Shown: one piece after another, positions 36,029 to 47,818 of the stretch | How the letters are laid out: every line of letters starts with the position of its first letter | How positions within the stretch are numbered: position 1 is the stretch's first letter | Assembly: GCF_004010195.1 (NCBI RefSeq) | Contig: NC_057749.1 | Span: forward strand, 20,570,095-20,634,094 | Length of the DNA stretch: 64,000 bases | Reading direction: 5' to 3' | Origin: Chiloscyllium plagiosum | Taxonomy: Eukaryota | Program-made: the position numbers and the translations under genes | Notes under the pieces: generated by a model | Seen by the model: the letters and a program-made list of their open reading frames with translations, nothing else | Databases searched by the model: none | Told to the model about the DNA's origin: nothing

Positions 36029-39000
36029 ATTGTTATGACTCCTAGTTTCCAATCTCCTTGTCCAAAGGACAGCTCTGGACATCAACACAAAAGCCAGCCA
36101 ATGCCTGAAAACTTGTGATAATCTCCTTTCGATGTTTGAGAAGATTTACCATAATAGTATCAAGGATTCCCGTCCTGATCACCAGCCAATCCATGAATCT
36201 TTGGGAAATTAAGAGAAACATTAGTTACGCAGTGGACATTTGGAACAACATTGGGTGTGTCAGAGAAGGCTATCTTCACATCTTCTCGTAAAAAGGAGAT
36301 TAAAATCTGATAGAGAAAGAAACAGGACAGTTGAATTGTTTATGGAGCTTGCTTTAATGAATAGATAGCAAAGACATGATCGGACAATGAAATTCCTTCA
36401 TTGTTATAAACCTATGAACCTAGTACAAACCGCAAAGTTCTCTGGAATTATGAAATAGCAGCAGGAGGCCAGTCGGCCTCTCAAACCTGCTTGCCATATA
36501 ATGGCTGATCCGTTGTATTCTGAATTCCACATTCCCCTCTACTCTAATAACCTTTAATTTAATTGCCAAACAAAAAGCTATTTACCCTACTTCTGCCTTA
36601 AAAAAATTCAATGATCCTACCATTGAGCTACCCACTGCTACAGGGAACGACTACAGGCTGGCATTATCAATGGAAACTCCAAGACAGGTTACTTGGAGCC
36701 TCAGTATCGCATAAATTTATCCCAGTGTAAATCACTACTTTTATTCCCATTTCTGAATGTAAAGAGATAACATTGAGGAATACAGTAAGGTAAGAAATCA
36801 ATACCAAAGGACAAAACGATCGTACTAACGTTGAGTAAACGTTAGCTTATTTAATTTCTAGACTTTATTTATGAAACAAATGAAACAATAATTATGCATG
36901 ACACAGAAGGTTTTCAACATGGAGATGGAAACAAAGGCAATTCATTTCCAGGGATACTGTTGGAACAGTACCTTTTGAGCTGCATTGCTACAATTAAATA
37001 GAACTGAATGCATGACAAAAGAATATTCACAATTAATCTGTCAAGAATAAACACATTAAAATTGAACAGCAAGACAAGTGATCATTCAAGTCGATAATTC
37101 ATAATTTGCATATTGTATCTCACTTTGCAAAGGCAAAGCAGCCTGCTGATGGATTTGCATGGCAATAAGGCGCTTGTGAAAGTCAAAAGTAAGCTAAGCT
37201 TCTATCTCCTGAGGGAATGACTGAGAGACTATTGAGAGAGTGTGCACAGAAGCTGCTAATTTTAATTATCTTCATCAGTGAAAGTAAGCTCATCCTGCAA
37301 ATTAACTGTTTCGCAGGGCAACAAATCTACTGAGTCCTTCAAGTCAACAGAAATATGTATACAAACTTACAGGATCAAAACATTGAAAAAATAAGCAATA
37401 TTATGGCAAAACCTCTCCTTGAATTTACCAAAGTATCATATTGAACAAGACTGGATGGGTTTCTGATGGAGAATATTGATGACACAAAATACCCCACTAC
37501 AATTACAAAGCATGCTGATGAACAAAATTGAAAGAGCTGCGTCAAATGTACAGAACCACTGGGATTTAATAGAAGAGCAGCCAGGTGAAGTTCCGCGTTC
37601 ATCCAAAGAGTCTGAGAAATAGCCTATAAGCTAAGCCACTGGTGTGGAAGATCAACAACATGTCTTAAAATGTGAAAACAACTTAAATATTCAACTAAAG
37701 AGAAACAACTTAAGGTTTCTTTAAAAACAAATCTATGCTCAATCGGTATTTCCCAAGTGTAAATCCATGATGTTTTGTAGAGTTCATAAATATCTATTCA
37801 CTGTGCCATATTCTGGAAGCAAGAGAGACCTACAAACTATGCCCTTCAATTTACCTGTGAACCCAGTCAAGGTGACAGCTTTTTGTTAATCTGTCAGAGC
37901 ATAAGTACAGTCTGCTGTCTTCTGAGCCTCCTTGAAGGCAATGTCATTAGAAATTTAAAAAAAAATTCATTATTAAGAGAGGACTAAAATGCTGAAGTTA
38001 GCAAAATCTGATTCCTGCCAGAGGGACACAGATTGTGAGAGTGTCCAATATTTTTTGCTTGCAGTGGTGCGGCATTGCTGGTTACATAACAGTGCTGCAT
38101 TGACTGAAAGGCTCATTCTGGTCTGGCATATTGCAGAAAAGCTCTGAACAAAACCAGAAAGAGCTGCCGCATAGTACCAGTGGTGGGCTATTTCTGCAGA
38201 CAATAATTCTCCATTTTATCTTAATAGAGGATGCATTCCAACCCAAAGAAAGTAAGCAAGCACAGCAGAGGTAGGATGTGCTTCTTGATAACTAGAAGTG
38301 GAGTGCTCCTGAGGTGGAGATGACCTCCAATTCTGAAAGAACGTAGAGATATTTTATTCTCCCCAGGGCAAGGGCTATGAGTTAGTCATATTCCTTGCAT
38401 GTTTTTCAGAGGATGGGTGAAGAGAGGTCTATTTCATTCTCAGTCATAAAACCATGCACACTTGGTGCAGAAAAATGACTTTAATTCCGGATGGGACATG
38501 TAACATGCAGATTGACAGATTTCAGAGGGAAAAGGACAGCACAATGTCATCTAGTCTCCTCAAATCAACATCTGAAGGAGATGGAGAATGTAAGGCGACC
38601 ACCGTAAATTGGCTATAGTTCATATACTTCCGAACAAGCACTTCAACACAGTAACCAATTCTCACCATGATTTTTCCATTGTGGTCATGTTAAAAAGAAA
38701 ATTGCACTTGTATAAAAGAACTCAAGAAGGTTCATAAGGTTACAATGGGAAGTTGGGAGCGGAGCATAAAAACAGTCGAAGGCAATTAAGATCTTTTTTC
38801 CAGGAGAAATATCCTTGAGCATGAAAAGTTGATGGTGGTGAGAACAGTACCTGAGATTAGCAGATGCAAACTTAGGGCTGAAACCATCACAACTTAAAAA
38901 TGTGCAGAAGTAAATTGGGACACTGCTGCTTCAGCTTTACAATTCAATTCAAGCAACATTTCACTGTAATGTGCTGGACGTAGATGATTGCATGTGGAAC

Positions 39001-39607
39001 ATCGGAATGTTAATAACCCATTTAGCACCTCAGGCTGGTCCTAACAGTCAGTTACACATCGCTGATGTGTATCTCGATCTTTTTACCTGATTCCTATTCT
39101 TTCATACCCCAGCTGAAGTAAATCTATCAATTTCAATTTTGAACTTGTAAATTAATTTGGCCTCAATAATCTTCTGTGGGATAGAGCTACAGATTTCCAC
39201 TCTTATTTGTGTAAGGAATTGATCCCTGACATCATGCCTACTAGGTCTGTGTCTTGTTTTAAGGTTGTGACCCCTTGTTCTGCGCTCCATTTCCTCCTTA
39301 CCTACCCTGCAAAAAAGGAGATAATTTCAGTCTCCCCACCTATTAAATCTTTTAATTATTTTAAGCACATCAAATAAACTATCCATTAACATACTATATT
39401 AAAGGGAATACAAAGGTTCGTTTATGTAAATTGTTCTCATTACTTAACACTTTTGGATCCAATATCACTTAAAATGTCATAATCACTCCACAATAATGAC
39501 TGTTCACTTGATGTTGAACATCTGACTTGTTAGAGACAGACAGTGGAGGAATATAAAAGTAAATATGGAAAAGATTCAAAATATTTAAATTTAAAGAGAT
39601 CAATAGA

Positions 39608-39821
39608 GGGAGGACGGGAAAAATTTCTGGCTGTAACAGCTGCTCCTTTTTTTGAGGTATTTTAGGTGCTGGAATTCCTCGAATTCCAGGAGCAGCAATT
39701 ACTGTTTTATATGCTGTTGCATTGTTTTGGAACTTTGGAAAAAAAAAGTCAAAACAAGAGCAGTTTTAAAAGGGAGAAGAGCAAATAAAGGAAGCACATG
39801 GTGAGGACAGTGCAGGAGAGA

Positions 39822-39853
<32 letters not shown>

Positions 39854-41276
39854 ACCTGCACAGTTACTGCCTTTGCTGTTTTAGAATTCATCTGTCGCTG
39901 GACATCGGAGTGCATCTGGGAAAATTAACAAACAGTGAATTTCACAACTAATCTTGGAGGAACCGGTTTAGGTGAAGTTCACAACACAGAATCAGATAAG
40001 TTAATTGTTGTTTTAAGCCTGTCCAAGAGAAAGGCTGTATTAGTGAATACAGTGGGTTCTTTCTTAATTATATGCTTTTGGAGATAAGTCTCTTGATTAA
40101 ACTTAAAATATAAGCCATAGCTATTAATTTAACCTGATGCAGTGTTTTGTAGAGGAATAAGACGGTGTTATTTTCTGGGTCTGTAGATTGTGACGGAACA
40201 AAAATGGCCTTTGCAGTGAGATGTACTTCTTGTCAGATGTGGGAGTTTAAAGAGAGTTTAAGGGGGTCTGTGGATTGTGACGGAACAAAAATGGCCTTTG
40301 CAGTGAGATGTACTTATTGTCAGATGTGGGAGTTTAAAGAGAGTTTAAGGGTTACTGCGGATTATATCTGCCATAGATGCTGTTGGACGCGAATCTTATC
40401 AGATCGAATGGATCGGTTGGAGAGACGGTTAGAAGCGATGAGGAATTTGCAACAGCAACAGTATGTGATTGATGGCAGTTATAGGAAGGGGGGAAAGTCT
40501 CAGATACAGTCACATAGATGGGTTAACTCCAGGAAGGGTAAGAGAGGTTGGCACCTAGGGCAGGAGTCTTTTGTGGATATATCCATTTCAAACAGGTATG
40601 CTGTTTTGTACAATGTAGGGGGTGATGGATTCTCAGGGGTACGTAGCATGAACAGCCAAGTTTTGGGTATTGAGACTGGCTCTAATGCAACGAGGGGTAC
40701 GTCGGCTTCCAAGAGATCAATTGTGTTCGGGGATTCTGTAGTCAGAGGTATAGACAGACGTTTATGTGGCCAGCAGAGAAAAAGCAGAATGGTGTGTTGT
40801 TTCCCTGTTGCCAGGATTAAGGACGTCTCAGAGAGGGTGCAGAATGTTCTCACGGGGGAGAGGGGCCAGCAAGAGGTCATTGTCCACATTGGAACCAATG
40901 ATATAGGAAGGGAAAAGGTTGAGATTCTGAAGGGAGATTAGAGAGAGTTAGGTAGAAATTTAAAAAGGAGGTCCTCAAGGGTAGAAATATCTGGATTACT
41001 CCCAGTGCTATGAGCTAGTGAGGGCAGGAATGGGAAGATAGAGCAGATGAATGCATGGTACGTGTTTGGAATGAGCTGCCAGAGGAAGTGATGGAGGCTG
41101 GTACAATTGCAACATTTAAGAGGCATTTGGATGGATATATGAATAGGAAGGGTTTGGAGGGATATGGGCCGGGTACTGGCAGGTGGGACTAGATTGGTTT
41201 GGGATATCTGGTCGGCATGGACAGATTGGACCAAAGGGTCTGTTTCCATGCTGTACATCTCTATGACTCAATGACT
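39608..41276 (+). mobile_element. Internally deleted CR1: 5' UTR, ORF1 and 3' tail, lacking ORF2 endonuclease and RT
   Basis: ORF1 has CxxC motifs, a coiled-coil-like stretch and SGNH-esterase motifs (IVFGDSVVRG, VIVHIGTNDIG). At about 41056 it joins directly to the HER1 terminal segment GGTACGTGTTTGGAATGAGCTGCC...TCTATGACTC. Confidence 0.88.
40203..41055 (+). pseudogene. CR1 ORF1 (zinc finger plus esterase) with premature stops
   Basis: ATG at 40203; TAG at 40939-40941 and TGA at 41010-41012 interrupt the esterase-like frame. 87 bp in-frame tandem duplication at 40177-40350. Confidence 0.8.
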
Positions 41277-42559
41277 AAACAGATTTTGCTGGTCTCGTAA
41301 CTAAATTGGGGTTCAGTGAAATTTGCAAATGCCCGAACAAAGCAAGTGGGAATACAGAGGGGAACAGTACAGTCGAATCTAGCAGAAGGGAAGGATTCGC
41401 AGTTTCCAAACCCCCTATCTAAATTATCATGGCTGGTGATGTTATGGCAATGTTAGAATGACACCAGACTAGTTCCAAATTGAAACGGGTGTGCTACCAG
41501 GGCTTCTGTTTCTTTATTAGCAAGTGATCAACTTCTATCAGAGGTTAGGTTAAGTAACAAGAGAGTGGGTGTGTTATAAACAAGTTATTTTAGATGATTT
41601 TCCACGAGTGAAGGAGATGTAGCCCAATGTGAGTTATATCAGAAATTGCGGTATGAGTGTCTTAATGTCAGGGGCGTGTTACTGTTCAGATGTTTAATGT
41701 GGTTTCAGTGTTCGGAACAAGTCATAAACATATACAAAAGTGTTACGCAAAAATCATTTTAATAATCTATTATTGTTATGTATTTTGCAATTTGCCATGA
41801 TGAACTTGAGCTCAATAAATCAACACAGCTAATATTCAGAAAACAATCTGCGGTCTGCAAAAGTTTGAATTCTGCAAATGCTGCAGAGGAAATTATGCCA
41901 ACACACAAACAGTGACAGATTGTCGAACTATAGCAAAACTTAATAATTACTCATGGAAAAACTAGTGCATTATGTTAAAACACTGAACATTTTATAGCTG
42001 TATTCTCTCTATTCCTCTTACTGTCATCTCACCCCATGAGGTCTTTCTGTTCTGTTTTCCCTTGCATTATGCTCTGGCCACAATGATGTGCAGGTGATCT
42101 GCTTTCTGCCTTTTTAAGGTAGTGCTCTAGAACCTGTATTTAGAAAATGTACAGGAGTTGAAGACTGGAATGGGGGAAGGAATGAGGTAGGATGCTTGGC
42201 TCCATGGAAACAGACCTGGCCTCCTTCATATGCCCTAATGAGTCCAGATAGCATCTTGAATGCTAGGCACTTGCATAAACTAATGGTCCAGGGATTTATG
42301 GTCACAGATGCTCAAATACATCAAAGCAAACAAGCTTCAACATTAGTTCAAAATGCATTCTGATTTCTGTTTTCAACATTTATTTGATTCAGGTCTTTTC
42401 TTTCACAACCAAAAGGAGGAAAGTGTACTCCAAGGTTTCTTCCCGCTGGATGAACCACACACAAACTGGATAGGCTCTCATGGAGCTTCCAGTTCCTTCT
42501 TTTCAAACTTCTCAATTTAAATTCTAATGCATGAATCACTGGAGGTTATTATGCAAATG

Positions 42560-43320
42560 CAGCAAGTAAACAGGAAAGTTAATAGAATGTGATGTTTTAC
42601 TGTGAGGAGAATTGGATACAAGAATAGGGAAGTTATACAGGGCATTATACAATTATACAGGGCATTGGTGAGACTGGCTCAAGAACATTGTATACAGTCC
42701 TAGTTACCACTTATGGAAGGATTAATGCATTGGAAGCAGTTCAGAGAAGGAGTACATTGCTTTATGAGGAAAGGCTACACAGGCTTGGCCTGTATCCTCT
42801 AGAGTTTAGAAGAGTCAGAAGTGACTTAATTGAAACATCACCAGCTTATAGTCCAACAGGTTTACTTGAAATCACAAGCTTTCGGAGCATATCCCCTTCA
42901 TCAGGTAAAGGGGCTACGCTCCTTTCAAACAAACCTGGTGGCATGTGACCTATGACTTTGTCCACCCAGTCCAACTCCGCCACCTCCACACCATAATTGA
43001 AACATGTAAGATCCAGAGGAGACTTAACAGGATAGATATTGAAAGCCTCCGGTTTCCTTTTTTGGCAGAATCTAAAACCAAGCGTCAAAATTTAAAAATA
43101 AGGGGTTGCCCACTCAGAAAAGGAGGTTCCAGTGTCTTTGGAAATTCCTTCTTTGAAAGGTAGTGGATTCAGAACTTTTAAATATTTCAATGCAGCGGGA
43201 GACAGACAGCTGATTATCAAAGGGGGTTGAAGATTATTGGTGTGATGTGCAGGAATGTCAAGGTTAAATCAGATCAGCCATGAATGATGGAGCAGGGCCG
43301 GGTGGCCGACCCTTGTTCGT
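42560..43320 (+). mobile_element. Degenerate CR1 3' region (host of a PLE insertion)
   Basis: INALEAVQRR...YEERLHRLGLYPLEFRRVRSDLIET, resuming ETCKIQR after the insertion. Confidence 0.7.
42839..42993. mobile_element. PLE family B terminal-repeat insertion (degenerate inverted pair) inside a CR1 remnant
   Basis: 12 bp TSD TAATTGAAACAT at 42827-42838 and 42994-43005. Shares TTATAGTCCAACAGGTTTA and CCCAGTCCAAC with the 46.7 kb element. Minus-strand core CCTGATGAAGGGGATATGCTCCGAAAGCTT at 42876-42905. Confidence 0.8.
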
Positions 43321-44984
43321 ATGTAGATCTTGTAATTTTAATTTGTAAAACTTTAAAAAAAAAATTATGCTTTTAGTTTAATGTCACAAAATTTTGTGAC
43401 CTAAAAATGAAGAAAATAATATGTGATGAAAGACAGAGTGCTGCATTTTTCACTCAATGACTGTCAGTCTGCACTTTCATGCACTCTTGTAATCACACAG
43501 TCACTTGTGAAACTAATAATTGTGGACTCAAAAGTACCTGTACTGAATGTGTTGAACTTGCTTTGGCAGAGCAAACAGACATGAATCTAAAACCAAGCAG
43601 CCTATATCCAGAGGAACTAATCTCTGTAATCATCTTCTGGGCTGATGTTCTGACACTTATAAAGAAAACAGGAAAATCTGAACGCAAGTGCCTAAGGGAA
43701 TTTTATGCTAATTTTTTCGAGCTGCAAACGTGAAATAGTAATCAGCCTGTCTCTGCGTCAATACAACAATTTGAAAATGTAGTTTAAGGAAGATTGATCT
43801 TTTCTAGATAAATTGCAAGTAACATTACAGAGACAAGCAGTACACCGTCTCTCTTGGTTCTGCCAGGGCTAGAGGAATTGGAAAGTTAAATGGCTCCTCA
43901 ACCATCCAGCCAGATAGTTTAAAACACACCATTATCTAATGTTTTTGAACTGCTCACTGCCGCTGCGATTCAAGAGAACCTTTTTATTTATAAAGCAAAA
44001 GTAGTAGCTATTAGGAGATCACCACTGGTGTTAACAGTGAGGCACTTAACTACCGATGTCTCTAATTTTGACGATTTGGAAGACTAACCTTATGGCACAA
44101 TCTACTTTGTATTGATTGGGGAAGGAGTCGCAATATTTCCTGGCAAGAATCAAAGCTGTACATTTCATCTGGTTTCAAAAAAAGCACTTACTTTGGCAAT
44201 TTAAGGACTAGAAATTATTGCTTAGGGTCTGACTGAAAATCTTCTGAAAGCCATTGCCAGTGTTTAATCTTGTGAAAATTAGCTCCAAGGTAGAGGATGT
44301 GCAGAACAAGAATAGGAGGAGCTTCAGCCTGTCCATTGCAACCTTGTCTAAAGCATTTAGATTAGTGGTCAAGTATTATTTGCTAAGTTATTGAACAACC
44401 TGATTGAACAATCCCTTTTGCAAAAAGGCCACATTTTACATCACTAAATGCATCTTTTCACATGAGGTTAAAAATCTCAGTTTAGATATAGATCATATTT
44501 CATGATCTAGAATAGTAAAAGTAGCTTGTGGCACAGCCAGTAGCAATGTTACCATAATTTAATATTGCCCCATTTTTAGGAAATGACGGTGTTTTGGTCA
44601 GTTATGTAGACACATCATTAATCCATTGCCATATTAGATTCATCAAACCAAACAACAGAGAAATTCATACAATGGATTCTGTGCCTGCATACAAAGCCCT
44701 CATGTAGAAGCACATTTTGTCTACCTAATTTCCATCAGACTGACAAATGCCTTGGTTTAGGAAACCCCAAATGGTGGAATTTCATTGCTAGTATCAGAAA
44801 GCTTGCTGGTAGTCAGAAAATGTGTGAAGCAAGGAGGGAAATAATCCTGTTACTTGTGACCAGGTTACTTATTTCAGCTTTGACATTATCTACAACTAAA
44901 TGAGAAGAACCGCAGTCCCATTTGCATGTCAACCAGTTCTATCAATGATTCAACAAAGGGAACCAAGCAAGATATCAGTAAAAA

Positions 44985-45468
44985 TGGGATCAGAAAAGAT
45001 GTACAAGGATGTTGCCATGCTTGGAGTGTTGAGCTATAGGGAGAGGCTGAATAGGCTGGGGCAATTTTCTCTGGAGCGTCAGAGGCTGAGGAGTGACCTT
45101 GTAGAGATTTATAAAATCATGAGGGGCATACACAGGGTGAATAGACAAGATCTTTCCCCAGGGTTAGAGAATCCAAAACTATAGGGCATAGATTTAAGGT
45201 GATAAGGCAAAGATTTAAAAGGGACCTAAGGGGCAACTTTTTCACGCAGAGGGTGGTATGTATATGGAATGAACTGCCAGAGGAAGTGGTGGAGGCTGGG
45301 ACAATTACAACATTTAAAGGCATCTGGATGGATATATGGAAAGGAAAAGGTTAGAGGGATATGGGCTAAATGCTGGCAAATGGGACTAGATTAATTTAGG
45401 ATATCTGGTTGGCATGGAAGAGTTGGACCGAAAGGTCTCTTTCTATGCTGTACATCTCTAAGACTCTA
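44985..45468 (+). mobile_element. HER1/CR1 3' fragment
   Basis: SYRERLNRLG.FSLERQRLRSDLVEIYKIMRG plus a HER1 tail. Confidence 0.85.
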
Positions 45469-46666
45469 AATACAATGCTTTTATCTACCACTGCCCAGGG
45501 CAAGCCAATGATTCAGAGTGGTGTATCAATCATTAAAAATGTCCTCAGGAACCTGAGGATATTCCTGGCTCAGATATTAGATTAACAGTTCCGAGCCAGA
45601 GGACCAACCATAAGCTGTGGGAGTTCAGGTAATCATTAAAAGGACTTAGTATTGACAGCGCTTTATCGCCACACTCACTTTCACTGTTGGATAATGGCCA
45701 AGATCTTCTAATCAGGATCGAAAACTGTATTTCCAACAGTGACTGGAGAATTAAAAAACACACACACAGATAACTTTGAAGGAGTTCTTGGTGTTAGCAT
45801 CCAGGCCAGAGCCTGAAGCAGTTGAGGTTACCATTTGATGATGCATGAGAAGATACTATGGCAGATAATCTAAAGCCAGGTCATAGAGATTTAAGAATCA
45901 TCTCAAAAAGCTAAGATAGTTGGAGAGGTTTAGGCAGAAAATGCTTGAGGTTAGGATCCAGACAGCTGTCAGCACAGCAAGCAAAGATGGTGTGTTTAAA
46001 ACTAGGTACATCTGAAGGCTTTTGCACAACACGATATTGCATGATTTTTGTGTTGACAAGGTTGGAATGTGGGATCATTTTACTGATCACATGATTATAG
46101 TAGATATTTTAAAAAGGTTTTCAATACGTACAAGTGCCCAATTGATCTTCTTTCCCTCTACAATATTATCCAGGGGCACTTTGACATCACCACTCCTAGA
46201 TTTTAGCCAAACCTACTTTACTAGTTAATTTTAGTTTACTAATTAATTTTCTTCAATTACAGTTGGAAGCATTTCTCAAATAAACATTCAGCTCAATTGA
46301 AGCTATTTAGGAAAGTTTCAAATTAATTTTTAATAAATTGATTTTAAAACAGTAAATTAAAAACTAGAGATCCTCAAACTAAAATAAAAAATTGTATGGA
46401 TTTTGGCATTATTACTGAATCTGTGAAATCTCATGCAAGCACTTGTTGCACATTTACTGTGCTTCGGGAACTTCAGCAGAGTCTAGTCTGCTGTGAGAGA
46501 CTGCAGCAATGTTGGAAGTGCCATATTTTGACTTATATTTTAAATTGAGGTCCTGCCTGAACATTCTGGCAGACATAAAAATATCTCATGACACATTTTG
46601 AAGAGTAATTCATCTATTGCTTGAACAAAATATATTCATTTAAGCAAGACTACTCATCTCACTGAG

Positions 46667-46876
46667 TTAGAAATCACACAACACCAGGTTATAGTCCAAC
46701 AGGTTTAATTGGAAGCACACTAGCTTTCAGAGCGACGCTCCTTCATCAGGTGATCACCTGATGAAGGAGCGTCGCTCCGAAAGCTAGTGTGCTTCCAATT
46801 AAACCTGTTGGACTATAACCTGGTGTTGTGTGATTTTTAACTTTGTACACCCCAGTCCAACACTGGCATCTCCGAA
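46667..46876. mobile_element. Palindromic PLE-derived terminal-repeat insertion (family B) with two hammerhead motifs
   Basis: 178 bp inverted repeat 46665-46842 centred on GGTGA|TCACC, 2 mismatches in 89 pairs, plus a short 3' tail. 13 bp TSD TCATCTCACTGAG at 46654-46666 and 46877-46889. Confidence 0.85.
46755..46789 (+). ncRNA. Minimal type I hammerhead ribozyme motif (PLE family B)
   Basis: CAC-CUGAUGA-A-GGAGC-GUC-GCUCC-GAA-AGCU-A-GUG: helix I CAC/GUG, 5 bp helix II, palindromic AGCU, CUA triplet. A mirror copy lies on the minus strand at about 46718-46752. Confidence 0.72.
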
Positions 46877-46889
46877 TCATCTCACTGAG

Positions 46890-47526
46890 GAGAAAGTGAG
46901 GACTGCAGATGCTGGAGAACAGAGTCGAGACTGTGGCGCTGGGAAAGCACAGCTGGTCAGGCAGCATCTGAGGAGCAGGAGAGTCGACGTTTCGGGCATA
47001 AACCCTTCATCAGGAATGAGTCTTGTTGGTCAGGGCTGAGAGATAAATGGGAGAGGGGGTGGAGTTGTGGGAAGGTTGCTGGGAAAACGATAAGTGGAGA
47101 AGGTGAGAAGTCAGAGGGGGCAGTGATGGACAGGTCTTAGGGCGGTGCTGAGTTGGAGGCTTGGGACTGGGATAATGTGGGAGGAGAGGAAATGAGGAAG
47201 GTGTTGAAATCCATATTTGTCCTGTGTGGTTGCAGGGTCCCAAGGCAGAATAAAGAGGCGTTCTTCCTCCAGGCATCAGGTGGTAATGGTCTGGCAGTGG
47301 AGGAGGCCCAGGATCTGCATGTCCTTGACGGAGTGGGAGGGGAGTTGAAGTGTTCAGCCACAGGGCAGTGGGGTTGATGGGTGCGGTTGTTCCAGAGATG
47401 TTCTCTGAAACGATCCGCTAGAAGGCGTCCTGTATCCCCGATGTACAGGAGACCACACTGGGTGCAATGGGATGCAGTAGATGACATTGGGAGAGGTATA
47501 GGTGAATTTCTGTTGGATGTGGAAGG
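46890..47526 (-). mobile_element. 5'-truncated Penelope-like element (family A): GIY-YIG endonuclease remnant plus terminal repeat with hammerhead motif
   Basis: Frameshifted translation FTYTSPNVIYCI/CTQCGLLYIGDTGRLLADRFREHL...HCPVAEHFNSP is a PLE-type GIY-YIG domain. It is followed by CCTGATGAAGGGTTTATGCCCGAAACGTCGA. Flanked by ATCTCACTGA at 46879-46888 and 47527-47536. Confidence 0.88.
46984..47014 (-). ncRNA. Minimal type I hammerhead ribozyme motif (PLE family A)
   Basis: CUGAUGA-A-GGGU-UUAU-GCCC-GAA-ACGU-C: both catalytic core boxes, a 4 bp helix II, a palindromic ACGU in place of helix III, and a GUC cleavage triplet. Helix I is only about 2 bp. Confidence 0.7.
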
Positions 47527-47818
47527 ATCTCACTGACATTAGTGATACCTTTCTTTGGATAAACTAAGTTTCTCATTACTCTAACAGAAAGTGAATATGT
47601 TTCAAAAGAAATTTATTGCCTATGAAGCACTTTGGATGGGTCTCCATGCGAAGTCTCAGAAGTATCAGTCCCTAATAAACCATACAATTAATTCAGAAGG
47701 ACATTTTTTAGCTTCAGAGTGGTTAGAATGTGCGATTTGCCACTACACACCATCCCTATTTGCAACTAAAACACCATTTCTTCAAGGCTTCTCCTCTTCA
47801 CACCCCTGTCCACCCGTG

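Noticed and set aside
46665..46842. Palindrome interpreted as a pre-miRNA or a DNA-transposon MITE
   Set aside because: The arms are too long and perfect for a typical pre-miRNA. The asymmetric 3' tail, 13 bp TSD and hammerhead cores fit a PLE terminal repeat better than a terminal-inverted-repeat transposon.
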